Source: the human T2T-CHM13v2.0 reference genome, Homo sapiens
Assembly (NCBI RefSeq): GCF_009914755.1
Contig: NC_060943.1
Length of the DNA stretch: 64,000 nt
Direction: 5' to 3' (one strand)
Of this stretch, positions 1 to 12,900 are shown piece after piece. The translations under genes were made by a program, and so were the position numbers. Below the pieces are notes generated by a model. It ran no database searches. It was given only the letters and a program-made list of their open reading frames with translations, and had not been told where the DNA came from. How positions within the stretch are numbered: the stretch's first letter is position 1; every line of letters starts with the position of its first letter.

Positions 1-32
1 TCTGCAAGTGGATATTCAGACCTCCTTGAGGC

Positions 33-49
33 CTTCGTTGGAAACGGGA
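33..49 (+). promoter_or_regulatory. CENP-B box (first of 189 positions at 340-bp spacing; last at 63947-63963)
   Basis: CTTCGTTGGAAACGGGA matches the 17-bp CENP-B box with core nTTCGnnnnAnnCGGGn. The common variants here (C/T/A at position 1; GGAAAC versus GGAAGC) lie outside the core positions. Confidence 0.97.
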
Positions 50-76
50 TTTCTTCATATTATGCTAGACAGAAGA

Positions 77-247
77 ATTCTCAGTAACTTCCTTGTGTTG
101 TGTGTATTCAACTCACAGAGTTGAACGATCCTTTACACAGAGCAGACTTGAAACACTCTTTTTGTGGAATTTGCAAGTGGAGATTTCAGCCGCTTTGAGG
201 TCAATGGTAGAATAGGAAATATCTTCCTATAGAAACTAGACAGAATG
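77..247 (+). repeat. Representative 171-bp A-type alphoid monomer (no CENP-B box; pJalpha/A-box-like segment CAATGGTAGAATAGGAA)
   Basis: Runs from ATTCTCAG at 77 to the next ATTCTCAG at 248, giving 171 bp. The position equivalent to the CENP-B box reads GGTCAATGGTAGAATAGGAAAT. Confidence 0.9.
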
Positions 248-416
248 ATTCTCAGAAACTCCTTTGTGATGTGTGCGTTCAACTCACACAGTTTAACCTT
301 TCTTTTCATAGAGCAGTTAGGAAACACTCTGTTTGTAAAGTCTGCAAGTGGATATTCAGACCTCCTTGAGGCATTCGTTGGAAACGGGATTTCTTCATAT
401 TATGCTAGACAGAAGA
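248..416 (+). repeat. Representative 169-bp B-type alphoid monomer carrying the CENP-B box
   Basis: Runs from ATTCTCAG at 248 to the next at 417, giving 169 bp. Contains ATTCGTTGGAAACGGGA at 373-389. Confidence 0.9.
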
Positions 417-1435
417 ATTCTCAGTAACTTCTTGTGGTGTGTGTATTCAACTCACAGAGTTGAACGATCCTTTACACAGAGCAGACTTGAAACACTCTTT
501 TTGTGGAATTTGCAAGTGGAGATTTCAGCCGCTTTGAGTTCAATGGTAGAATAGGAAATATCTTCCTGTAGAAACTAGACAGAATGATTCTCAGAAACTC
601 CTTTGTGATGTGTGCGTTCAACTCACAGAGTTCAACCTTTCTTTTCATAGAGCAGTTGGGAAACACTCTGTTTGTAAAGTCTGCAAGTGGATATTCACAC
701 TTCTTTGAGGCCTTCGTTGGAAGCGGGATTTCTTCATGTTCTGCTAGACAGAAGAATTCTCAGTAACTGCCTTGTGTTGTGTGTATTCAACTCACAGAGT
801 TGAACGATCCTTTACACAGAGCAGACTTGAAACACTCCTTTTGTGGAATTTGCAAGTGGAGATTTCAGCCGCTTTGAGGTCAATGGTAGAATAGGAAATA
901 TCTTCCTATAGAAACTAGACAGAATGATTCTCAGAAACTCCTTTGTGATGTGTGCGTTCAACTCACAGAGTTTAACCTTTCTTTTCATAGAGCAGTTAGG
1001 AAACACTCTGTTTGTAAAGTCTGCAAGTGGATATTCAGACATCCTTGAGGCTTTCGTTGGAAACGGGATTTCTTCATATTCTGCTAGAAAGAAGAATTCT
1101 CAGTAACTTCCTTGTGTTGTGTGTATTCAACTCACAGAGTTGAACGATCCTTTACACAGAGCAGACTTGAAACACTCTTTTTGTGGAATTTGCAAGTGGA
1201 GATTTCAGCCGCTTTGAGGTCAATGTTAGAATAGGAAATATCTTCCTATAGAAACTAGACAGAATGATTCTCAGAACCTCCTTTGTGATGTGTGCGTTCA
1301 ACTCACAGAGTTTAACCTTTCTTTTCATAGAGCAGTTAGGAAACACTCTGTTTGTAAAGTCTGCAAGTGGATATTCAGACATCCTTGAGGCTTTCGTTGG
1401 AAACGGGATTTCTTCATATTCTGCTAGAAAGAAGA

Positions 1436-3475
1436 ATTCTCAGTAACTTCCTTGTGTTGTGTGTATTCAACTCACAGAGTTGAACGATCCTTTACACAGA
1501 GCAGACTTGAAACACTCTTTTTGTGGAATTTGCAAGTGGAGATTTCAGCCGCTTTGAGGTCAATGGTAGAATAGGAAATATCTTCCTATAGAAACTAGAC
1601 AGAATGATTCTCAGAAACTCCTTTGTGATGTGTGCGTTCAACTCACAGAGTTTAACCTTTCTTTTCATAGAGCAGTTGGGAAACACTCTGTTTGTAAAGT
1701 CTGCAAGTGGATATTCAGACCTCCTTGAGGCTTTCGTTGGAAACGGGATTTCTTCATATTCTGCTAGAAAGAAGAATTCTCAGTAACTTCCTTGTGTTGT
1801 GTGTATTCAACTCACAGAGTTGAACGATCCTTTACACAGAGCAGACTTGAAACACTCTTTTTGTGGAATTTGCAAGTGGAGATTTCAGCCGCTTTGAGGT
1901 CAATGGTAGAATAGGAAATATCTTCCTATAGAAACTAGACAGAATGATTCTCAGAAACTCCTTTGTGATGTGTGCGTTCAACTCACAGAGTTTAACCTTT
2001 CTTTTCATAGAGCAGTTAGGAAACACTCTGTTTGTAAAGTCTGCAAGTGGATATTCAGACATCTTTGAGGCCTTCGTTGGAAACGGGATTTCTTCATGTT
2101 CTGCTAGACAGAAGAATTCTCAGAAACTTCCTTGTGTTGTGTGTTTTCAACTCACAGAGTTGAACGATGCTTTACACAGAGTAGACTTGAAACACTCTTT
2201 TTGTGTAATTTGCAAGTGGAGATTTCAGCCGCTTTGAGGTCAATGGTAGAAAAGGAAATATCTTCGTATAAAAACTAGACAGAATGATTCTCAGAAACTC
2301 CTTTGTGATGTGTGCGTTCAACTCACAGAGTTTAACCTTTCTTTTCATAGAGCAGTTAGGAAACACTCTGTTTGTAAAGTCTGCAAGTGGATATTCAGAC
2401 CTCCTTGAGGCCTTCGTTGGAAACGGGATTTCTTCATATTATGCTAGACAGAAGAATTCTCAGTAACTTCCTTGTGTTGTGTGTATTCAACTCACAGAGT
2501 TGAACGATCCTTTACACAGAGCAGACTTGAAACACTCTTTTTGTGGAATTTGCAAGTGGAGATTTCAGCCGCTTTGAGGTCAATGGTAGAATAGGAAATA
2601 TCTTCCTATAGAAACTAGACAGAATGATTCTCAGAAACTCCTTTGTGATGTGTGCGTTCAACTCACACAGTTTAACCTTTCTTTTCATAGAGCAGTTAGG
2701 AAACACTCTGTTTGTAAAGTCTGCAAGTGGATATTCAGACCTCCTTGAGGCATTCGTTGGAAACGGGATTTCTTCATATTATGCTAGACAGAAGAATTCT
2801 CAGTAACTTCCTTGTGTTGTGTGTATTCAACTCACAGAGTTGAACGATCCTTTACACAGAGCAGACTTGAAACACTCTTTTTGTGGAATTTGCAAGTGGA
2901 GATTTCAGCCGCTTTGAGTTCAATGGTAGAATAGGAAATATCTTCCTATAGAAACTAGACAGAATGATTCTCAGAAACTCCTTTGTGATGTGTGCGTTCA
3001 ACTCAGAGAGTTCAACCTTTCTTTTCATAGAGCAGTTGGGAAACACTCTGTTTGTAAAGTCTGCAAGTGGATATTCAGACTTCTTTGAGGCCTTCGTTGG
3101 AAGCGGGATTTCTTCATGTTCAGCTAGACAGAAGAATTCTCAGAAACTTCCTTGTGTTGTGTGTTTTCAACTCACAGAGTTGAACGATCCTTTACACAGA
3201 GCAGACTTGAAACACTCCTTTTGTGGAATTTGCAAGTGGAGATTTCAGCCGCTTTGAGGTCAATGGTAGAATAGGAAATATCTTCCTATAGAAACTAGAC
3301 AGAATGATTCTCAGAAACTCCTTTGTGATGTGTGCGTTCAACTCACAGAGTTTAACCTTTCTTTTCATAGAGCAGTTAGGAAACACTCTGTTTGTAAAGT
3401 CTGCAAGTGGATATTCAGACATCCTTGAGGCTTTCGTTGGAAACGGGATTTCTTCATATTCTGCTAGAAAGAAGA
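1436..3475 (+). repeat. Isolated single copy of the same 12-mer higher-order repeat
   Basis: Dimers with ORF starts 1604, 1944, 2284, 2624, 2964 and 3304 have the same order and diagnostic variants as those at 32541-34241. Confidence 0.88.
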
Positions 3476-6400
3476 ATTCTCAGTAACTTCCTTGTGTTGT
3501 GTGTATTCAACTCACAGAGTTGAACGATCCTTTACACAGAGCAGACTTGAAACACTCTTTTTGTGGAATTTGCAAGTGGAGATTTCAGCCGCTTTGAGTT
3601 CAATGGTAGAATAGGAAATATCTTCCTATAGAAACTAGACAGAATGATTCTCAGAAACTCCTTTGTGATGTGTGCGTTCAACTCACAGAGTTTAACCTTT
3701 CTTTTCATAGAGCAGTTGGGAAACACTCTGTTTGTAAAGTCTGCAAGTGGATATTCAGACATCCTTGAGGCTTTCGTTGGAAACGGGATTTCTTCATATT
3801 CTGCTAGAAAGAAGAATTCTCAGTAACTTCCTTGTGTTGTGTGTATTCAACTCACAGAGTTGAACGATCCTTTACACAGAGCAGACTTGAAACACTCTTT
3901 TTGTGGAATTTGCAAGTGGAGATTTCAGCCGCTTTGAGTTCAATGGTAGAATAGGAAATATCTTCCTATAGAAACTAGACAGAATGATTCTCAGAAACTC
4001 CTTTGTGATGTGTGCGTTCAACTCACAGAGTTCAACCTTTCTTTTAATAGAGCAGTTGGGAAACACTCTGTTTGTAAATTCTGCAAGTGGATATTCAGAC
4101 TTCTTTGAGGCCTTCGTTGGAAGCGGGATTTCTTCATATTCTGCTAGACAGAAGAATTCTCAGTAACCTCCTTGTGTTGTGTGTATTCAACTCACAGAGT
4201 TGAACGACCCTTTACACAGAGCAGACTTGAAACACTCTTTTTGTGGAATTTGCAAGTGGAGATTTCAGCCGCTTTGAGGTCAATGGTAGAATAGGAAATA
4301 TCTTCCTATAGAAACTAGACAGAATGATTCTCAGAAACTCCTTTGTGATGTGTGCGTTCAACTCACAGAGTTTAACCTTTCTTTTCATAGAGCAGTTAGG
4401 AAACACTCTGTTTGTAAAGTCTGCAAGTGGATATTCAGACATCCTTGAGGCTTTCGTTGGAAACGGGATTTCTTCATGTTCTGCTAGACAGAAGAATTCT
4501 CAGTAACTGCCTTGTGTTGTGTATATTCAACTCACAGAGTTGAACGATCCTTTACACAGAGCAGACTTGAAACACTCCTTTTGTGGAATTTGCAAGTGGA
4601 GATTTCAGCCGCTTTGAGGTCAATGGTAGAATAGGAAATATCTTCCTATAGAAACTAGACAGAATGATTCTCAGAAACTCCTTTGTGATGTGTTCGTTCA
4701 ACTCACAGAGTTTAACCTTTCTTTTCATAGAGCAGTTAGGAAACACTCTGTTTGTAAAGTCTGCAAGTGGATATTCAGACATCCTTGAGGCTTTCGTTGG
4801 AAACGGGATTTCTTCATATTCTGCTAGAAAGAAGAATTCTCAGTAACTTCCTTGTGTTGTGTGTATTCAGCTCACGGAGTTGAACGATCCTTTACACAGA
4901 GCAGACTTGAAACACTCTTTTTGTGGAATTTGCAAGTGGAGATTTCAGCCGCTTTGAGGTCAATGGTAGAATAGGAAATATCTTCCTATAGAAACTAGAC
5001 AGAATGATTCTCAGAAACTCCTTTGTGATGTGTGCGTTCAACTCACAGAGTTTAACCTTTCTTTTCATAGAGCAGTTAGGAAACACTCTGTTTGTAAAGT
5101 CTGCAAGTGGATATTCAGACCTCCTTGAGGCCTTCGTTGGAAACGGGATTTCTTCATATTATGCTAGACAGAAGAATTCTCAGTAACTTCCTTGTGTTGT
5201 GTGTATTCAACTCACAGAGTTGAACGATCCTTTACACAGAGCAGACTTGAAACACTCTTTTTGTGGAATTTGCAAGTGGAGATTTCAGCCGCTTTGAGGT
5301 CAATGGTAGAATAGGAAATATCTTCCTATAGAAACTAGACAGAATGATTCTCAGAAACTCCTTTGTGATGTGTGCGTTCAACTCACAGAGTTCAACCTTT
5401 CTTTTCATAGAGCAGTTGGGAAACACTCTGTTTGTAAAGTCTGCAAGTGGATATTCAGACTTCTTTGAGGCCTTCGTTGGAAGCGGGATTTCTTCATATT
5501 CTGCTAGACAGAAGAATTCTCAGTAACTGCCTTGTGTTGTGTGTATTCAACTCACAGAGTTGAACGATCCTTTACACAGAGCAGACTTGAAACACTCTTT
5601 TTGTGGAATTTGCAAGTGGAGATTTCAGCCGCTTTGAGGTCAGTGGTAGAATAGGAAATATCTTCCTATAGAAACTAGACAGAATGATTCTCAGAAACTC
5701 CTTTGTGATGTGTGCGTTCAACTCACAGAGTTTAACCTTTCTTTTCATAGAGCAGTTAGGAAACACTCTGTTTGTAAAGTCTGCAAGTGGATATTCAGAC
5801 CTCCTTGAGGCCTTCGTTGGAAACGGGATTTCTTCATATTATGCTAGACAGAAGAATTCTCAGTAACTTCCTTGTGTTGTGTGTATTCAACTCACAGAGT
5901 TGAACGATCCTTTACACAGAGCAGACTTGAAACACTCTTTTTGTGGAATTTGCAAGTGGAGATTTCAGCCGCTTTGAGGTCAATGGTAGAATAGGAAATA
6001 TCTTCCTATAGAAACTAGACAGAATGATTCTCAGAAACTCCTTTGTGATGTGTGCGTTCAACTCACAGAGTTCAACCTTTCTTTTCATAGAGCAGTTGGG
6101 AAACACTCTGTTTGTAAAGTCTGCAAGTGGATATTCAGACTTCTTTGAGGCCTTCGTTGGAAGCGGGATTTCTTCATATTCTGCTAGGCAGAAGAATTCT
6201 CAGTAACTGCCTTGTGTTGTGTGTATTCAACTCACAGAGTTGAACGATCCTTTACACAGAGCAGACTTGAAACACTCTTTTTGTGGAATTTGCAAGTGGA
6301 GATTTCAGCCGCTTTGAGGTCAATGGTAGAATAGGAAATATCTTCCTATAGAAACTAGACAGAATGATTCTCAGAAACTCCTTTGTGATGTGTGCGTTCA

Positions 6401-9400
6401 ACTCACACAGTTTAACCTTTCTTTTCATAGAGCAGTTAGGAAACACTCTGTTTGTAAAGTCTGCAAGTGGATATTCAGACCTCCTTGAGGCCTTCGTTGG
6501 AAACGGGATTTCTTCATATTATGCTAGACAGAAGAATTCTCAGTAACTTCCTTGTGTTGTGTGTATTCAACTCACAGAGTTGAACGATCCTTTACACAGA
6601 GCAGACTTGAAACACTCTTTTTGTGGAATTTGCAAGTGGAGATTTCAGCCGCTTTGAGTTCAATGGTAGAATAGGAAATATCTTCCTATAGAAACTAGAC
6701 AGAATGATTCTCAGAAACTCCTTTGTGATGTGTGCGTTCAACTCACAGAGTTCAACCTTTCTTTTCATAGAGCAGTTGGGAAACACTCTGTTTGTAAAGT
6801 CTGCAAGTGGATATTCAGACTTCTTTGAGGCCTTCGTTGGAAGCGGGATTTCTTCATATTCTGCTAGACAGAAGAATTCTCAGAAACTTCCTTGTGTTGT
6901 GTGTTTTCAACTCACAGAGATGAACGATCCTTTACACAGAGCAGACTTGAAACACTCCTTTTGTGGAATTTGCAAGTGGAGATTTCAGCCGCTTTGAGGT
7001 CAATGGTAGAATAGGAAATATCTTCCTATAGAAAGTAGACAGAATGATTCTCAGAAACTCCTTTGTGATGTGTGCGTTCAACTCACAGAGTTTAACCTTT
7101 CTTTTCATAGAGCAGTTAGGAAACACTCTGTTTGTAAAGTCTGCCAGTGGATATTCAGACATCCTTGAGGCCTTCGTTGGAAACGGGATTTCTTCATATT
7201 ATGCTAGACAGAAGAATTCTCAGTAACTTCCTTGTGTTGTGTGTATTCAACTCACAGAGTTGAACGATCCTTTACACAGAGCAGACTTGAAACACTCTTT
7301 TTGTGGAATTTGCAAGTGGAGATTTCAGCCGCTTTGAGTTCAATGGTAGAATAGGAAATATCTTCCTATAGAAACTAGACAGAATGATTCTCAGAAACTC
7401 CTTTGTGATGTGTGCGTTCAACTCACAGAGTTCAACCTTTCTTTTCATAGAGCAGTTGGGAAACACTCTGTTTGTAAAGTCTGCAAGTGGATATTCAGAC
7501 TTCTTTGAGGCCTTCGTTGGAAGCGGGATTTCTTCATATTCTGCTAGACAGAAGAATTCTCAGTAACTGCCTTGTGTTGTGTGTATTCAACTCACAGAGT
7601 TGAACGATTCTTTACACAGAGCAGACTTGAAACACTCTTTTTGTGGAATTTGCAAGTGGAGATTTCAGCCGCTTTGAGGTCAATGGTAGAATAGGAAATA
7701 TCTTCCTATAGAAACTAGACAGAATGATTCTCAGAAACTCCTTTGTGATGTGTGCGTTCAACTCACAGAGTTTAACCTTTCTTTTCATAGAGCAGTTAGG
7801 AAACACTCTGTTTGTAAAGTCTGCAAGTGGATATTCAGACATCCTTGAGGCTTTCGTTGGAAACGGGATTTCTTCATATTCTGCTAGAAAGAAGAATTCT
7901 CAGTAACTTCCTTGTGTTGTGTGTATTCAACTCACAGAGTTGAACGATCCTTTACACAGAGCAGCCTTGAAACACTCTTTTTGTGGAATTTGCAAGTGGA
8001 GATTTCAGCCGCTTTGAGGTCAATGGTAGAATAGGAAATATCTTCCTATAGAAACTAGACAGAATGATTCTCAGAAACTCCTTTGTGATGTGTGCGTTCA
8101 ACTCACAGAGTTTAACCTTTCTTTTCATAGAGCAGTTGGGAAACACTCTGTTTGTAAAGTCTGCAAGTGGATATTCAGACATCCTTGAGGCTTTCGTTGG
8201 AAACGGGATTTCTTCATATTCTGCTAGAAAGAAGAATTCTCAGTAACTTCCTTGTGTTGTGTGTATTCAACTCACAGAGTTGCACGATCCTTTACACAGA
8301 GCAGACTTGAAACACTCTTTTTGTGGAATTTGCAAGTGGAGATTTCAGCCGCTTTGAGTTCAATGGTAGAATAGGAAATATCTTCCTATAGAAACTAGAC
8401 AGAATGATTCTCAGAAACTCCTTTGTGATGTGTGCGTTCAACTCACAGAGTTCAACCTTTCTTTTCATAGAGCAGTTGGGAAACACTCTGTTTGTAAAGT
8501 CTGCAAGTGGATATTCAGACTTCTTTGAGGCCTTCGTTGGAAGCGGGATTTCTTCATGTTCTGCTAGACAGAAGAATTCTCAGAAACTTCCTTGTGTTGT
8601 GTGTTTTCAACTCACAGAGTTGAACGATCCTTTACACAGAGCAGACTTGAAACACTCCTTTTGTGGAATTTGCAAGTGGAGATTTCAGCCGCTTTGAGGT
8701 CAATGGTAGAATAGGAAATATCTTCCTATAGAAAGTAGACAGAATGATTCTCAGAAACTCCTTTGTGATGTGTGCGTTCAACTCACAGAGTTTAACCTTT
8801 CTTTTCATAGAGCAGTTAGGAAACACTCTGTTTTTAAAGTCTTCAAGTGGATATTCAGACCTCCTTGAGGCCTTCGTTGGAAACGGGATTTCTTCATATT
8901 ATGCTAGACAGAGGAATTCTCAGGAACTTCCTTGTGTTGTGTGTATTCAACTCACAGAGTTGAACGATCCTTTACACAGAGCAGACTTGAAACACTCTTT
9001 TTGTGGAATTTGCAAGTGGAGATTTCAGCCGCTTTGAGGTCAATGGTAGAATAGGAAATATCTTCCTATAGAAAGTACACAGAATGATTCTCAGAAACTG
9101 CTTTGTGATGTGTGCGTTCAACTCACAGAGTTCAACCTTTCTTTTCATAGAGCAGTTGGGAAACACTCTGTTTGTAAAGTCTGCAAGTGGATATTCAGAC
9201 TTCTTTGAGGCCTTCGTTGGAAGCGGGATTTCTTCATATTCTGCAAGACAGAAGAATTCTCAGTAACTTCCTTGTGTTGTGTGTATTCAACTCACAGAGT
9301 TGAACGATCCTTTACACAGAGCAGACTTGAAACACTCTTTTTGTGGAATTTGCATGTGGAGATTTCAGCCGCTTTGAGTTCAATGGTAGAATAGGAAATA

Positions 9401-9888
9401 TCTTCCTATAGAAACTAGACAGAATGATTCTCAGAAACTCCTTTGTGATGTGTGCGTTCAACTCACAGAGTTCAACCTTTCTTTTCATAGAGCAGTTGGG
9501 AAACACTCTGTTTGTAAAGTCTGCAAGTGGATATTCAGACTTCTTTGAGGCCTTCGTTGGAAGCGGGATTTCTTCATGTTCTAGACAGAAGAATTCTCAG
9601 AAACTTCCTTGTGTTGTGTGTTTTCAACTCACAGAGTTGAACGATCCTTTACACAGAGCAGACTTGAAACACTCCTTTTGTGGAATTTGCAAGTGGAGAT
9701 TTCAGCCGCTTTGAGGTCAATGGTAGAATAGGAAATATCTTCCTATAGAAAGTAGACAGAATGATTCTCAGAAACTCCTTTGTGATGTGTGCGTTCAACT
9801 CACAGAGTTTAACCTTTCTTTTCATAGAGCAGTTAGGAAACACTCTGTTTGTAAAGTCTGCAAGTGGATATTCAGACCTCCTTGAGGC

Positions 9889-9905
9889 CTTCGTTGGAAA
9901 CAGGA
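9889..9905 (+). promoter_or_regulatory. Mutated CENP-B box (CGGG to CAGG)
   Basis: Reads CTTCGTTGGAAACAGGA. The G>A change at 9902 hits a core position. Confidence 0.9.
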
Positions 9906-12900
9906 TTTCTTCATATTCTGCTAGACAGAAGAATTCTCAGTAACTTCCTTGTGTTGTGTGTATTCAACTCACAGAGTTGAACGATCCTTTACACAGAGCA
10001 GACTTGAAACACTCCTTTTGTGGAATTTGCAAGTGGAGATTTCAGCCGCTTTGAGTTCAATGGTAGAATAGGAAATATCTTCCTATAGAAACTAGACAGA
10101 ATGATTCTCAGAAACTCCTTTGTGATGTGTGCGTTCAACTCACAGAGTTTAACCTTTCTTTTCATAGAGCAGTTGGGAAACACTCTGTTTGTAAAGTCTG
10201 CAAGTGGATATTCAGACTTCTTTGAGGCCTTCGTTGGAAGCGGGATTTCTTCATATTCTGCTAGACAGAAGAATTCTCAGTAACTGCCTTGTGTTGTGTG
10301 TATTCAACTCACAGAGTTGAACGATCCTTTACACAGAGCAGACTTGAAACACTCTTTTTGTGGAATTTGCAAGTGGAGATTTCAGCCGCTTTGAGGTCAA
10401 TGGTAGAATAGGAAATATCTTCCTATAGAAACTAGACAGAATGATTCTCAGAAACTCCTTTGTGATGTGTGCGTTCAACTCACAGAGTTCAACCTTTCTT
10501 TTCATAGAGCAGTTGGGAAACACTCTGTTTGTAAAGTCTGCAAGTGGATATTCAGACTTCTTTGAGGCCTTCGTTGGAAGCGGGATTTCTTCATATTCTG
10601 CTAGACAGAAGAATTCTCAGTAACTGCCTTGTGTTGTGTGTATTCAACTCACAGAGTTGAACGATCCTTTACACAGAGCAGACTTGAAACACTCTTTTTG
10701 TGGAATTTGCAAGTGGAGATTTCAGCCGCTTTGAGGTCAATGGTAGAATAGGAAATATCTTCCTATAGAAACTAGACAGAATGATTCTCAGAAACTCCTT
10801 TGTGATGTGTGCGTTCAACTCACAGAGTTTAACCTTTCTTTTCATAGAGCAGTTAGGAAACACTCTGTTTGTAAAGTCTGCAAGTGGATATTCAGACATC
10901 CTTGAGGCTTTCGTTGGAAACGGGATTTCTTCATATTCTGCTAGAAAGAAGAATTCTCAGTAACTTCCTTGTGTTGTGTGTATTCAACTCACAGAGTTGA
11001 ACGATCCTTTACACAGAGCAGACTTGAAACACTCTTTTTGTGGAATTTGCAAGTGGAGATTTCAGCCGCTTTGAGGTCAATGGTAGAATAGGAAATATCT
11101 TCCTATAGAAACTAGACAGAATGATTCTCAGAAACTCCTTTGTGATGTGTGCGTTCAACTCACAGAGTTTAACCTTTCTTTTCATAGAGCAGTTAGGAAA
11201 CACTCTGTTTGTAAAGTCTGCAAGTGGATATTCAGACCTCCTTGAGGCCTTCGTTGGAAACGGGATTTCTTCATATTATGCTAGACAGAAGAATTCTCAG
11301 TAACTTCCTTGTGTTGTGTGTATTCAACTCACAGAGTTGAACGATCCTTTACACAGAGCAGACTTGAAACACTCTTTTTGTGGAATTTGCAAGTGGAGAT
11401 TTCAGCCGCTTTGAGGTCAATGGTAGAATAGGAAATATCTTCCTATAGAAACTAGACAGAATGATTCTCAGAAACTCCTTTGTGATGTGTGCGTTCAACT
11501 CACACAGTTTAACCTTTCTTTTCATAGAGCAGTTAGGAAACACTCTGTTTGTAAAGTCTGCAAGTGGATATTCAGACCTCCTTGAGGCATTCGTTGGAAA
11601 CGGGATTTCTACATATTATGCTAGACAGAAGAATTCTCAGTAACTTCCTTGTGTTGTGTGTATTCAACTCACAGAGTTGAACGATCCTTTACACAGAGCA
11701 GACTTGAAACACTCTTTTTGTGGATTTTGCAAGTGGAGATTTCAGCCGCTTTGAGTTCAATGGTAGAATAGGAAATATCTTCCTATAGAAACTAGACAGA
11801 ATGATTCTCAGAAACTCCTTTGTGATGTGTGCGTTCAACTCACAGAGTTCAACCTTTCTTTTCATAGAGCAGTTGGGAAACACTCTGTTTGTAAAGTCTG
11901 CAAGTGGATATTCAGACTTCTTTGAGGCCTTCGTTGGAAGCGGGATTTCTTCATTTTCAGCTAGACAGAAGAATTCTCAGAAACTTCCTTGTGTTGTGTG
12001 TTTTCAACTCACAGAGTTGAACGATCCTTTACACAGAGCAGACTTGAAACACTCCTTTTGTGGAATTTGCAAGTGGAGATTTCAGCCGCTTTGAGGTCAA
12101 TGGTAGAATAGGAAATATCTTCCTATAGAAACTAGACAGAATGATTCTCAGAAACTCCTTTGTGATGTGTGCGTTCAACTCACAGAGTTTAACCTTTCTT
12201 TTCATAGAGCAGTTAGGAAACACTCTGTTTGTAAAGTCTGCAAGTAGATATTCAGACATCCTTGAGGCTTTCGTTGGAAACGGGATTTCTTCATATTCTG
12301 CTAGAAAGAAGAATTCTCAGTAACTTCCTTGTGTTGTGTGTATTCAACTCACAGAGTTGAACGATCCTTTACACAGAGCAGACTTGAAACACTCTTTTTG
12401 TGGAATTTGCAAGTGGAGATTTCAGCCGCTTTGAGTTCAATGGTAGAATAGGAAATATCTTCCTATAGAAACTAGACAGAATGATTCTCAGAAACTCCTT
12501 TGTGATGTGTGCGTTCAACTCACAGAGTTTAACCTTTCTTTTCATAGAGCAGTTGGGAAACACTCTGTTTGTAAAGTCTGCAAGTGGATATTCAGACATC
12601 CTTGAGGCTTTCGTTGGAAACGGGATTTCTTCATATTCTGCTAGAAAGAAGAATTCTCAGTAACTTCCTTGTGTTGTGTGTATTCAACTCACAGAGTTGA
12701 ACGATCCTTTACACAGAGCAGACTTGAAACACTCTTTTTGTGGAATTTGCAAGTGGAGATTTCAGCCGCTTTGAGTTCAATGGTAGAATAGGAAATATCT
12801 TCCTATAGAAACTAGACAGAATGATTCTCAGAAACTCCTTTGTGATGTGTGCGTTCAACTCACAGAGTTCAACCTTTCTTTTAATAGAGCAGTTGGGAAA

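Noticed and set aside
198-203. AGGTCA nuclear-receptor half-site in most dimers
   Set aside because: A lone hexamer that is part of the satellite consensus, with no paired half-site and no supporting evidence.
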